64,000 nt of DNA from Lentisphaerae bacterium GWF2_49_21 (GTDB lineage Bacteria; Verrucomicrobiota; Lentisphaeria; Victivallales; GWF2-50-93): the NCBI GenBank assembly GCA_001804805.1, contig MHBH01000005.1:124618-188617 (forward strand), in the 5' to 3' direction. Made by a program: the position numbers and the translations under genes. Positions within the stretch are counted from its first letter, which is position 1. Each line of letters opens with the position of its first letter. The notes beneath the pieces are model-generated. The model saw nothing but the letters and a program-made list of their open reading frames with translations. It did no database searches and had not been told where the DNA came from. Positions 49,124 to 57,995 of the stretch are shown here, in pieces.

Positions 49124-50485
49124 TCACTTCCCTATGCAGAACCTGCTGAATATTTCGTCGAGGATGTCCGGGGAGGCGTCTTCGCCGGTTATCTTCCCGA
49201 GGGCTGCAATTGTCGCGCGGAGATTTACGGATGCAAGCTCCCAGTCCTGGGACTTTATTTTTTGGGAGGCGCCTGGGATGGCATCGAGCGCTTCCTCAAG
49301 AAGGGATGAGTGACGGGTGCTGACGGCTGTTTCAGGTTCGTCAGTATGCGGATAGCCCCAGACGGATTTTTCTAGGATGTCCATGAGCTTTTCAACACCT
49401 GTGTTTTTTTCTATTGAGATTTTTGCGGTCTCTATTCCGGCATCAGGAAGACTCCTGGAATTCTTCAGAAGATCGATCTTGTTCCATACGGCAATGACGT
49501 TTCCCTTGCCAGCAGCATGCTTCTTCATGGTTTTGATTTCCTCGGCATGATTGGATGACGCATCGAGGAGCCAGAGGATGATCTGCGCCTGCCTGATCGA
49601 TGCGAGGCTTCTTTCAATGCCCTTGTTCTCGATGATGTTGTCGGCATCTCGGATGCCTGCAGTGTCGATGAGCTTGACCGGTATGTTGCGTATGACGGCA
49701 TGTTCTTCGACGGTGTCGCGCGTGGTTCCGGGCAGGGCGGTGACTATTGCCCGGTCATAGCCGAGCAGGAGATTAAGAAGGCTTGATTTGCCGACATTGG
49801 GTTTTCCGGCGATTACGATCCTGACGCCTTCCCTGAGGACTGCGCCTTCAGTCCTGTATTTCAGGAGATTTTTGATCTTTGATGACGCTTTTTCCAGCGT
49901 AGCGATGAGGGATGCAGGCTTCTGCCAGTCCAATTCCTCCTCGACAAAATCCATGCGGGATTCGCATTCGGAAAGGACGGTGACAAGGGAGCTGCGGATT
50001 TCGCGGACTGTCTTTCCGAGAATTCCTCCGGTCTGTCGTTCGGCAAGGTTTAGAGCCATGCCGCTCTGGGCGGATATGATGTCGCAGACGCCTTCGGCCT
50101 GCGTGAGATCGATTTTGCCGTTCATGAAGGCGCGGAATGTGAATTCGCCGGGGTCTGCCTGGCGTGCGCCCGCCGCCAGTGTGAGTTCCAGTACCTTTCT
50201 TGAGACAAGCGTGCCGCCGTGGCATTGTATCTCGACGATGTCCTCGCCGGTGTAGGAATTAGGTGATTGGAAGAATACGGCGACCGCCTGTTCGGAGAAT
50301 GACGAGTCCGGGGAAATGCATTTCCCCAGGAGGAGCTTTCTTTTCCCTTTTGAGGAGAGCTTAGTCCCGCCATGCCAGATGGAATTGCCGATTTTCAGGG
50401 CATCGGCTCCTGAAATCCGGATTATGGCGACAGCTCCGCCGGTTCCCGTTGAGATAGCGGCTATAGTATCGTCGATGTTTTTCAT
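49124..50485 (-). CDS. mnmE: tRNA modification GTPase MnmE
   Basis: DTIAAIST, PNSYTGEDIVEIQCHGG, GEFTFRAFMNGKIDLTQAE, GKPNVGKSSL, GTTRD, DTAG, FCIGK terminus. Confidence 0.97.
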   Translation of the reverse strand: MKNIDDTIAAISTGTGGAVAIIRISGADALKIGNSIWHGGTKLSSKGKRKLLLGKCISPDSSFSEQAVAVFFQSPNSYTGEDIVEIQCHGGTLVSRKVLELTLAAGARQADPGEFTFRAFMNGKIDLTQAEGVCDIISAQSGMALNLAERQTGGILGKTVREIRSSLVTVLSECESRMDFVEEELDWQKPASLIATLEKASSKIKNLLKYRTEGAVLREGVRIVIAGKPNVGKSSLLNLLLGYDRAIVTALPGTTRDTVEEHAVIRNIPVKLIDTAGIRDADNIIENKGIERSLASIRQAQIILWLLDASSNHAEEIKTMKKHAAGKGNVIAVWNKIDLLKNSRSLPDAGIETAKISIEKNTGVEKLMDILEKSVWGYPHTDEPETAVSTRHSSLLEEALDAIPGASQKIKSQDWELASVNLRATIAALGKITGEDASPDILDEIFSRFCIGK

Positions 50486-50636
50486 AAGATTACTAAAGCC
50501 TAAAATGTTGTATAAGTCTTGAAATTTAGGTGAAATAAGTATAAACTTCTTTTCAGCTGTTTTATTATATATTGATTTCCAGTGTTTTAGTAGAAAACAT
50601 TCAATAAATTACATATTTTCCGGAGGTTGATGTTTT

Positions 50637-52040
50637 ATGGATAAGAAAACGTTCAAGGACATACCGCAGGACCTGAGAAGCAAATACCAGACCGCTCTTG
50701 GAGCCAAGGACATTGAATATGGGATTATGATACTCAAGAGTATCATACAGAAGGAGCCTGCTTTCTGGGAGGCCAGGGAACAGCTCAGGAAGCTTGAAAA
50801 GCAGAAGACGTCCAGCCTTGGTTTCTTTGCCGGGCTGATGGCCGGATTCAAGACCTCGGGGCTTGTCACCAGAGGCAAGACGCAGCTTGCCATGAAGAAG
50901 CCCCTTGAGGCCATGAGGCATGCGGAAGAAGCCCTCTCAATAAGTCTCAAGTCATTGCAGGCGCTGAATCTTCTGGCTCAGGCAGGAAGAGATCTCAATG
51001 CCCCTTTCATAACAATTGAAGCCTTGGAAATAGCCAGGGGATACTTCCCCAAGAATATAACCGTCCTCGACTGGCTCGCAGAAGAGTATGCCGCCAACAA
51101 ACAAGGCCTTAACTCGCTGAGGGTAAGGCAGGAGATTGTTGCGTTGAAGCCCAATGACCTTGATGCCCAGCAGAAAGTCCGTGCTGCGGCCGCCCTTGCG
51201 ACAATGGATGAGAACAAATGGGAGGAGAAGTCAACTGGCGATGAAGGATACCGCAAGCTTCTCAAGAGCAAGGATGAAGCTGTCAAGCTTGAACAGGAAG
51301 ACCGCATAGTGAGGTCTGTCGACGATGTCAAGGATCGTATTGATGATCTTGAAAAGAAGATGGCCGCAGGCAAGGGGACCCTTGATACGAAACGAACACT
51401 CGGCGATCTCTACCAGAAGGCGGAGATGCATGACAAGGCGATCCAATATTTCAACCTGGCCATTCAGGAAATGGGCGTCATGGATCCGTTCATCGACAGG
51501 GCCATCGAGAAGTCGAATGTCGCAAAATATGAGAAGAGCATCGAGGAATGGAAGCAGTATGGGAATGATCCGGCAAAGAATGTTGAAGCCGAGAACAATA
51601 TCAAGACGATCACCGGCCAGATGCTCAACTACAAGCTTGAAAGGGCCCTTGAACGCGTAAACAGCTATCCCAATGATCTCCAGCTCAGATATGAGCTTGC
51701 CGTGATCTATTTTGATCTTGGCGACAACGAGAACGCCCTGCACCAGTTCCAGCTCGCACAGAAGAATCCGCAGAGAAGGCTTTCATCGATCGTCTATCTT
51801 GGACAGTGCTTCCAGAGCATGAAGCAGTACGACATCGCGGTCGAGGAGTTCAACAAGGCTATCGGCGAAATGATCCCGATGGACAGGCAGAAGATGGATG
51901 CCCTCTACTTCCTCGCGCTGACCTATGAGGAAATGGGGCTGCCTGACAAGGCCCAGGAAAATTACAAGATGATCTACAGGGCGAATATCAAGTTCAGGGA
52001 TGTCGCCGACCGCATGAACAGGTTGTCCGGCAAGGCCTGA
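50637..52040 (+). CDS. Tetratricopeptide-repeat protein
   Basis: Several TPR-like helices (LGDLYQKAEMHDKAIQYF, LGQCF..MKQYDIAVEEF, YFLALTYEEMG..DKA); GGAGG RBS. Confidence 0.85.
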   Translation: MDKKTFKDIPQDLRSKYQTALGAKDIEYGIMILKSIIQKEPAFWEAREQLRKLEKQKTSSLGFFAGLMAGFKTSGLVTRGKTQLAMKKPLEAMRHAEEALSISLKSLQALNLLAQAGRDLNAPFITIEALEIARGYFPKNITVLDWLAEEYAANKQGLNSLRVRQEIVALKPNDLDAQQKVRAAAALATMDENKWEEKSTGDEGYRKLLKSKDEAVKLEQEDRIVRSVDDVKDRIDDLEKKMAAGKGTLDTKRTLGDLYQKAEMHDKAIQYFNLAIQEMGVMDPFIDRAIEKSNVAKYEKSIEEWKQYGNDPAKNVEAENNIKTITGQMLNYKLERALERVNSYPNDLQLRYELAVIYFDLGDNENALHQFQLAQKNPQRRLSSIVYLGQCFQSMKQYDIAVEEFNKAIGEMIPMDRQKMDALYFLALTYEEMGLPDKAQENYKMIYRANIKFRDVADRMNRLSGKA

Positions 52041-52072
52041 GCTCATTTATCCGTCCGGCATTTAAATTTCAC

Positions 52073-53497
52073 ATGGCTTCTGATAGGTTTTCCATGGATA
52101 TAAATCCGCTTTTCCAGTCCGCCCAGCGTCTTTTTTCGGGAGTCCGGAAACCTTGCGAGACTGGTCCTTCCTACGATACGACCCTTCCAATGTCGGATGA
52201 CTCGCATGAATTCGATTCGCCGGATACTCTTCCGCCTGAAGTCCTGAAGAGATATATGATCAGAAGGACACTCGGGAAGGGTGCGTTCGGAATCGTATAT
52301 CTCGCGGAGGACAGGAAGATCGGACGGCTTGTCGCCGTAAAACAGCTTGTCAGGCACGCCGAACGGAATTCGGAGATATATGAGAGGTTCATGCAGGAGG
52401 CGAGGATAGGCGCACAGCTGGATCATCCCAACATCGTGAATGTCCTTGCGCTTGAGGAGGACGATAGATCCGCTTGCATCATAATGGAATATCTCGGCGG
52501 GGGAAGTCTGGCGACATATGCGAAGAAGGAAAAGAAGATCGAACCTCAGACGGCAGTAGGGATAATAACCGGGGTGCTGACAGGGCTTGATGCCGCCCAT
52601 CATATCATGGTCATCCACCGGGACATCAAGCCGCAGAACATTCTTTTCGGTCCGCAGGGCGAACCCAAGCTCTCGGATTTTGGCGTGGCGCACCTGCCCG
52701 TCGTCGCCGGCGGGATTCTCGAGGGGCCGGAGCAGATGTCACGTATAATTGGCACGCCTTTGTACATGGCTCCGGAGCAGATCTCGCAGAAATCCTATGA
52801 CCACAGGGTTGATCTCTATGCCACAGGGGCCGTACTGTATGAGATGCTTACCGGCAAGAAGGTATTCAGGCCACGGGGCGACATAAGCATTGAGACGATG
52901 AGAAACCTCATACTTACCATTGAACCTGATCCGATAGATGGGGTGCCTGGAATTCCTCCGGGGCTTGCGGCAATTGCAATGAAGCTGCTTGCCAAGAAGC
53001 CGGATGACAGGTTTCCTGATGCGAGGAGCACCATCATTGCCCTGGAGAAAATAGATTTTTCGGAAACCGTAAGGAGCTATGATGCCGGAGCTGAAACAAG
53101 AGTGGGCAGTTTCGGCCCCCTGATAAGTTCACCGGCGGCGATGCTTGAGGATGTCATCAGGCTCTTTCTCATCGACGGCAGCATTTCCACGGCGGAACGG
53201 AGGGAGCTCGATCGTCGTTCCGAAAGGCTGGGTGTAAGCAAGCTCCATTCGCGGGCCATTGAAAACAAGATAAGGCTGGAGCTCTCCTATCCGACCCTTG
53301 AAGCAGTCGATGAATATTCGGAGACCGTAAGGATACTTCTGGTTTCTTCACCGCAGGGCAGGATAAGTCCCGAACAGCGCGGACAGCTCGAAGAGAAGCG
53401 CAGGAAACTGAAGATATCTGTCGAGGAGGCATCGGAACTTGAAAAACAGATGGCTGAGAAGATCAGATATGATGCGATCCGGAATTCAAAGAAATAA
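52073..53497 (+). CDS. Hanks-type Ser/Thr protein kinase with a C-terminal helical repeat domain
   Basis: LGKGAFGIVY, VAVK, HRDIKPQN, DFG, GTPLYMAPE, DLYATG; no TM segment. Confidence 0.93.
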   Translation: MASDRFSMDINPLFQSAQRLFSGVRKPCETGPSYDTTLPMSDDSHEFDSPDTLPPEVLKRYMIRRTLGKGAFGIVYLAEDRKIGRLVAVKQLVRHAERNSEIYERFMQEARIGAQLDHPNIVNVLALEEDDRSACIIMEYLGGGSLATYAKKEKKIEPQTAVGIITGVLTGLDAAHHIMVIHRDIKPQNILFGPQGEPKLSDFGVAHLPVVAGGILEGPEQMSRIIGTPLYMAPEQISQKSYDHRVDLYATGAVLYEMLTGKKVFRPRGDISIETMRNLILTIEPDPIDGVPGIPPGLAAIAMKLLAKKPDDRFPDARSTIIALEKIDFSETVRSYDAGAETRVGSFGPLISSPAAMLEDVIRLFLIDGSISTAERRELDRRSERLGVSKLHSRAIENKIRLELSYPTLEAVDEYSETVRILLVSSPQGRISPEQRGQLEEKRRKLKISVEEASELEKQMAEKIRYDAIRNSKK

Positions 53498-53502
53498 ATT
53501 GC

Positions 53503-53703
53503 ATGCTTGCTTCTGATGACCCCGGGAAAGATGATCCCAGGATAGCTGCTCTTATAAAGGATTTGGAAAGCAAGACCCCTGAAAAGCAGGTGGCCGCAGC
53601 AGACAGGCTTGGCCGTAGATGTAGTTGGCGCCATTCCAATGCCGTTAACTTAAAATATAACACGTTAATGTCTTGCATGTTATATTCTGATGACGAATCC
53701 TGA
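53503..53703 (+). pseudogene. Possible HEAT-repeat gene remnant
   Basis: IAALIKDLESKTPEKQVAAADRLG resembles one HEAT/PBS repeat, then degenerates into AT-rich palindromic DNA. Confidence 0.3.
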
Positions 53704-53809
53704 AGGGATTGAAGTAATATAGCCTGTGGCTTCAGCCACAGGTTTCGTTTTGGAATTCAATCCCTAGGGTTGAAACCATAGGCTTTATTACCTAACGCAT
53801 TCCATGCGT
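53696..53809. repeat. REP-like palindromic cluster
   Basis: AATCCTGAAGGGATT, AGCCTGTGGCTTCAGCCACAGG, CCTAGGGTTGAAACCATAGGCT and ACGCATTCCATGCGT hairpins. Confidence 0.6.
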
Positions 53810-53992
53810 AAAGAGGAGAAATAATCTAACTTGGCGCAAAAAGCGAATTTGTTTCTTGCGCTCGGAGATCGCAAACTACTTTAAAAACATCTGCAAACAT
53901 AACCCCCTTGAACTCCAACGCTTTCATATTACATTACCTTAAAGCGGGGTGGTTCACAGGCTAAGCAGACACCGTTACAGGCCATCATTCAT

Positions 53993-54037
53993 GACTTGAT
54001 GTTTAGCCGCCGACTTGATGCTAATAAACTGTTCGAC
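53993..54037 (+). other. Putative integron attI-like site
   Basis: Direct repeat GACTTGATG at 53993 and 54012, followed by core GTTCGAC at 54031-54037 just before an AT-rich ORF. Confidence 0.45.
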
Positions 54038-54046
54038 AGAGATAAT

Positions 54047-54481
54047 ATGAAAAAGATGCTTAAGATAGCTATTTATATATTTCTTGGGTTAGCTTTAATC
54101 ATTGCCATTTTAGTTATTTATTATTTTTCACAGTTCGGTTATCAGGTGAAGTGCGAATATGTCACTTGGGAAGTGATACGGAAAACCAATAAATACATTG
54201 AAGATAATCAGGGCAGATGGCCTAAGTCATGGAGTGATATTGGACTCAATGACAAATATTCGAAATATAGTACAATTGATTTTTCACTAGATCCTTTCAC
54301 TGCCACGGAGGATGAAATATTATCTGCAATAAAAACGAAATCAAAACAGGATCCTTTTTATCACGATCCAAAGAAATTATCAATTCAACTTTACAAGACC
54401 ATAGCAAGTATTAAAGATAAAAATTCGAACGAGGCAGATAGACCGAACCGGCGAACCACCGGTCCGGTCGGTCATCAATGA
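54047..54481 (+). CDS. AT-rich hypothetical membrane-anchored protein (integron-cassette-like)
   Basis: ATG 10 nt after the GTTCGAC core; N-terminal TM; Y..DNQGRWPKSW; reads through into the attC. Confidence 0.7.
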   Translation: MKKMLKIAIYIFLGLALIIAILVIYYFSQFGYQVKCEYVTWEVIRKTNKYIEDNQGRWPKSWSDIGLNDKYSKYSTIDFSLDPFTATEDEILSAIKTKSKQDPFYHDPKKLSIQLYKTIASIKDKNSNEADRPNRRTTGPVGHQ

Positions 54482-54489
54482 CATTAAGA
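54424..54489 (+). other. Degenerate attC site
   Basis: R'' TTCGAAC, L'' GAT(A)GACC with an extrahelical base, central ACCGG/CCGGT stem, L' GGTCATC, 6-nt spacer, mutated R' ATTAAGA. Confidence 0.6.
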
Positions 54490-54527
54490 ATAGAAGAAAT
54501 TATTGACTGTTCCGGATTCAAATGATG

Positions 54528-54682
54528 TATTGATGAGCAAAGCGAATCACTTGGAGTGCGGGATTTTATTACCGCTTTGTTCAGAGAAATTCATTTCTCG
54601 TTTAAGTTTCGCAAAATGAATTTTGCGACACAAGGCGGTGATGAATCACCGCAGTCCAAGGTCAGGCCGGAGCGCCTGACAT
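54528..54682. repeat. REP doublet family B
   Basis: TATTGATGAGCAAAGCGAATC..TTGGAGTGCGG...CCGCAGTCCAAGGTCAGGCCGGAGCGCCTGACA. Confidence 0.8.
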
Positions 54683-54770
54683 GAAGACAAGAAAAAGACA
54701 AGAGACAATTTCTTAACCATGCCCCTGCAGCCAATCAGCTACGGCGGATGGATGAGGGCAGTCGATCTGA

Positions 54771-54811
54771 ATAAAAATCCCCCGGAGAAGAATTGCAACT
54801 TCTCCGGGGGA
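54771..54811 (-). terminator. Rho-independent terminator of the fucosidase gene
   Basis: TCCCCCGGAGAAG..CTTCTCCGGGGGA 13-bp stem with an A-rich run on the + side, about 20 nt after the stop. Confidence 0.8.
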
Positions 54812-54830
54812 GAATGGCAGATGCAATTGT

Positions 54831-56129
54831 CTATTTCTTCAGGAACAGTTCAACCACTGGCACAATTACATTTGGTTTCATCTGCGGCAGCGTTATGCTC
54901 AGGCTGTTTTCCCCGCCGAGTTTGTGGGCCGACTGCCATTCTTCAAGTCCTTTCATGGCGACTTCCGAGCCGTCGTGGAGGAACTGTGCGTATTCGACCT
55001 GGCTAGTGAAGGCTTTGCCTTCCATTGTGATGTGCTTATAAGGCCAGACAAGGATGTGCAGGTAAAGTCTCCTTGTTTCCGGATTGTAGGTGAGACTGCA
55101 TCCCTTCGGGCATTTGAATTCTGCTGGGGCCTGCTGGCATCCGTATATCGAGCGGTCATGTCTCTTCATCCATTCTGCGAATTTCGCAAGGCGCTCCTGC
55201 GCCCTGTAGTCGAACTCTCCACGGGCAGTCGGCCCGACATTCAGCAGGAGATTTCCGCTCTTGCTTACGCAGTCGATGAGGGTCGTTATCAGTTCTTCGG
55301 GTTCGCGCCAGCTCATCTCGTCGCGGTGATATCCCCATGAACCTGAGAAGGTCTGGCATGCCTCCCAGACCACCGGATTCCCTTCCTTGTCCTTCAATCC
55401 TTCAGCAGGCTGGAACTGTTCAGGAGTCTCAAAATCTCCGGAGCCGGGCAGATCAAGCCTGTTGTCGATCATGATGTCAGGCTGGAGTTTTCTCACGAGC
55501 TTCAGGAGCTTTTCAGATTCCCAGTCCTTGTGCCCCTTGCCGTCTTCGCCGGGATATGAGAAGTCGAACCACAGGATATCGATCTTTCCGAACTTGGTAA
55601 GGAGCTCTGTCACCTGGTTGCGCATGTATTCCGCATATTTGCGGACGTCGCGTTTCTTCTCCTTTTCCCTGAAAGCCTTGTCGTCCCTCTGGGGATGGAT
55701 CTTGTCGATAGGGAAATCCGGATGATGCCAGTCGAGGAGTGAATAGTAGAAGCCGACCTTGAGCCCTTCGGCCCTGAAGGCGTCGACCATGGCTTTCAGG
55801 AGATCCTTCCTGCATGGGGTCTTTGTCGCCTTGTAGTCCGTGTATTTGGAATCCCAGAGGCAGAAGCCCTCATGATGCTTTGTAGTGATCACAAAATATT
55901 TCATTCCAGCGGCCTTGGCCATCTTCGCCCATTCCTTCGGATCATAGAGATCCGGATTGAAGCGCTCGAAATATTTCTCATACTGTTCGTTCGTTATGCG
56001 TTCCCTGTTCCTCACCCATTCGTGCCTGGCCGGCATCGAGTAGAGTCCCCAGTGGATGAACATCCCGAAGCGGTCATTGGTGAACCATGTGGTCCTGCTT
56101 TTAGAAGCTGCTGCGGTTTTTGCTGCCAT
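54831..56129 (-). CDS. GH29 alpha-L-fucosidase
   Basis: RFGMFIHWGLYS, AGMKY.VITTKHHEGFCLW, YYSLLDWHHP, ILWFD nucleophile, NLLLNVGP. Confidence 0.96.
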   Translation of the reverse strand: MAAKTAAASKSRTTWFTNDRFGMFIHWGLYSMPARHEWVRNRERITNEQYEKYFERFNPDLYDPKEWAKMAKAAGMKYFVITTKHHEGFCLWDSKYTDYKATKTPCRKDLLKAMVDAFRAEGLKVGFYYSLLDWHHPDFPIDKIHPQRDDKAFREKEKKRDVRKYAEYMRNQVTELLTKFGKIDILWFDFSYPGEDGKGHKDWESEKLLKLVRKLQPDIMIDNRLDLPGSGDFETPEQFQPAEGLKDKEGNPVVWEACQTFSGSWGYHRDEMSWREPEELITTLIDCVSKSGNLLLNVGPTARGEFDYRAQERLAKFAEWMKRHDRSIYGCQQAPAEFKCPKGCSLTYNPETRRLYLHILVWPYKHITMEGKAFTSQVEYAQFLHDGSEVAMKGLEEWQSAHKLGGENSLSITLPQMKPNVIVPVVELFLKK

Positions 56130-56268
56130 GACTTATCTCTCCTTCCATGTAGAATAATTTTTGGAACTGCACCTACATTATTGCCCATGGCATCTTCCTT
56201 CAATGAACGAAAACACCTAATATATGTATAAAACAAACATTTTAATTTGAACGGCATATGCTAAATTA

Positions 56269-57048
56269 ATGTTCATCATGAATGAATATTTCAATCCGGA
56301 CATGAAAATTCTGAAGGTTGAGCGCCAGAGGCTTGGCAGATACTGGAACATACCGGATCTCTCGGCCCCTTACTGGAGGCTGTACTGGAACGAGGACAAA
56401 GGCGCATCCGTATGGCTCAACAAAAAAGAATACCCGCTGCTTGCAGATGAAATGACATTGATCCCCCCGAACACCCATTTTTCCTCGGTGAACAGGGAGT
56501 CGCCGATGCATTTCTACGTGCACTTTACTGCCGGACCTCCGTTTGACGGCATCTCCGCGCAGATCATAAGGATATGCCCGGGAACCGAAATCCTCGGAAA
56601 AGTCCGGCAGGTCAGCGGGGTGCTCGATGATGGGAAGGCAGATCCTGTGAAACTATCCATGGAAGTGATGATGCTTATCCTCTACTGCCTGGGATATGTT
56701 CCCGACAAATGCATCAGGCAGAGGAAGATCGATCCAAGGATAAGCACCGCCATGAGGATGATTGAAGAAGAGCTGGCGGCACCTCCGTCGAACAGCGCCA
56801 TTGCAGGAAAGCTCTGCATGAGCACGAACGCCTTCCTCAGGCTTTTCAGGCAGAATGCAGGTGTCAGCCCGCAGCTTTATTCGAGGAACAAGAGGATTGA
56901 CAAGGCATGTATCCTGCTTCATTATTCCGATCTTGACATAAAACAGATCGCGGCGGAGACGGGATTCTGCGACCGTTTCCATTTCAGCAGGGTCTTCCGG
57001 AAGCTAAGGGGATCTGGTCCAGCAGAGTTCAGGAAGATGACGTCATGA
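56269..57048 (+). CDS. AraC-family transcriptional regulator
   Basis: Cupin-like N-terminus; FLRLFRQNAGVSP, IKQIAAETGFCDRFHFSRVFRK; divergent from GH29. Confidence 0.92.
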   Translation: MFIMNEYFNPDMKILKVERQRLGRYWNIPDLSAPYWRLYWNEDKGASVWLNKKEYPLLADEMTLIPPNTHFSSVNRESPMHFYVHFTAGPPFDGISAQIIRICPGTEILGKVRQVSGVLDDGKADPVKLSMEVMMLILYCLGYVPDKCIRQRKIDPRISTAMRMIEEELAAPPSNSAIAGKLCMSTNAFLRLFRQNAGVSPQLYSRNKRIDKACILLHYSDLDIKQIAAETGFCDRFHFSRVFRKLRGSGPAEFRKMTS

Positions 57049-57082
57049 AAAGCGGAGTTTGTCGTTTTCTCTAGATAGAGCC

Positions 57083-57205
57083 TGCTCGAAAAGGGGGTAA
57101 CGCGGACATTCCTGTCTGCGATTGAAAATGGAATTTGAATTCACAGACAAGAATGTCTGTGCTACTTTTAAATCAAATTACATTTTGAGATTACCTTTTC
57201 GAGCA
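57083..57205. mobile_element. MITE-like element: 12-bp perfect TIR around a REP doublet
   Basis: TGCTCGAAAAGG ... CCTTTTCGAGCA enclosing GTAACGCGGACATTCCTGTCTGCG / CACAGACAAGAATGTCTGTGCTAC. Confidence 0.65.
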
Positions 57206-57239
57206 ACATTTATAATTCGCTTACGGGAAGCTGGGAGAC

Positions 57240-57995
57240 ATGAAACAACGACTGCGTAAAGTCCTGCGATTTTCGCTTGTATTGGGATTGACGTTAATAC
57301 TGGCCGGTACAGTTTTTATTCGTTGGGGAAATGATATCGCCAGAGTGCTCGAAAACAACAAGCCCAGTCGAAGCATCGGGAGCACTAAAGATGGAAAACT
57401 TGTCAACGGAAAGCGGCTCCCTACGTCTGGAATAAACTTCACGGCATATGGTTACTTTCTCATTGCCCTAGGACGCAACTCTCTGAATGATAAAGTCAGA
57501 GTGGTAGTGCTTGATGCATATGACATAATGGAACAATCTTACCCATCAGTTCATTTTGTGTATGGAGAATGTAGTTGGCCTTCAGGTGGAAGGATTCGTC
57601 CTCACGCAACCCATCGAAATGGTCTCTCAATCGACTTTATGGTTCCTGTAAAGACAGTAAAAGGACCTTCTGTCCTCTCTACGAGCATATTCAATAAATA
57701 TGGGTATTCTCTTGAGTTTGATGAAAAAGGATATTGCGCCTCACAAAAATGTTATATAGATTTTGAGGCAATGGCAGCGCACCTGATTGCTCTTCATAAA
57801 GCGGCGGAAAAACATGGATTGAGGATTTGGAGGGTCATCTTTGCGCCTGAACTCCAGCCATATCTTCTGAAAACAGAAATTGGCTCTGATATTGAAAAAA
57901 CAGTAAGGTTTTCCAAAGAACGCCCCTGGGTTCGTCATGATGAACATTATCATGTGGATTTCGTGAATCCTGATGAGGAAGAAGCGATTCCTTAA
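57240..57995 (+). CDS. MepA-like (penicillin-insensitive murein endopeptidase) protein
   Basis: N-terminal TM; GKLVNGKRLP, GG...PHATHRNGLSIDF (HxxHxxGxxxD), RHDEHYHVDF (HxH). Confidence 0.8.
   Translation: MKQRLRKVLRFSLVLGLTLILAGTVFIRWGNDIARVLENNKPSRSIGSTKDGKLVNGKRLPTSGINFTAYGYFLIALGRNSLNDKVRVVVLDAYDIMEQSYPSVHFVYGECSWPSGGRIRPHATHRNGLSIDFMVPVKTVKGPSVLSTSIFNKYGYSLEFDEKGYCASQKCYIDFEAMAAHLIALHKAAEKHGLRIWRVIFAPELQPYLLKTEIGSDIEKTVRFSKERPWVRHDEHYHVDFVNPDEEEAIP

Noticed and set aside
53700-53990. Integron integrase (intI) upstream of the attI-like site
   Set aside because: No ORF or tyrosine-recombinase motif is visible on either strand.
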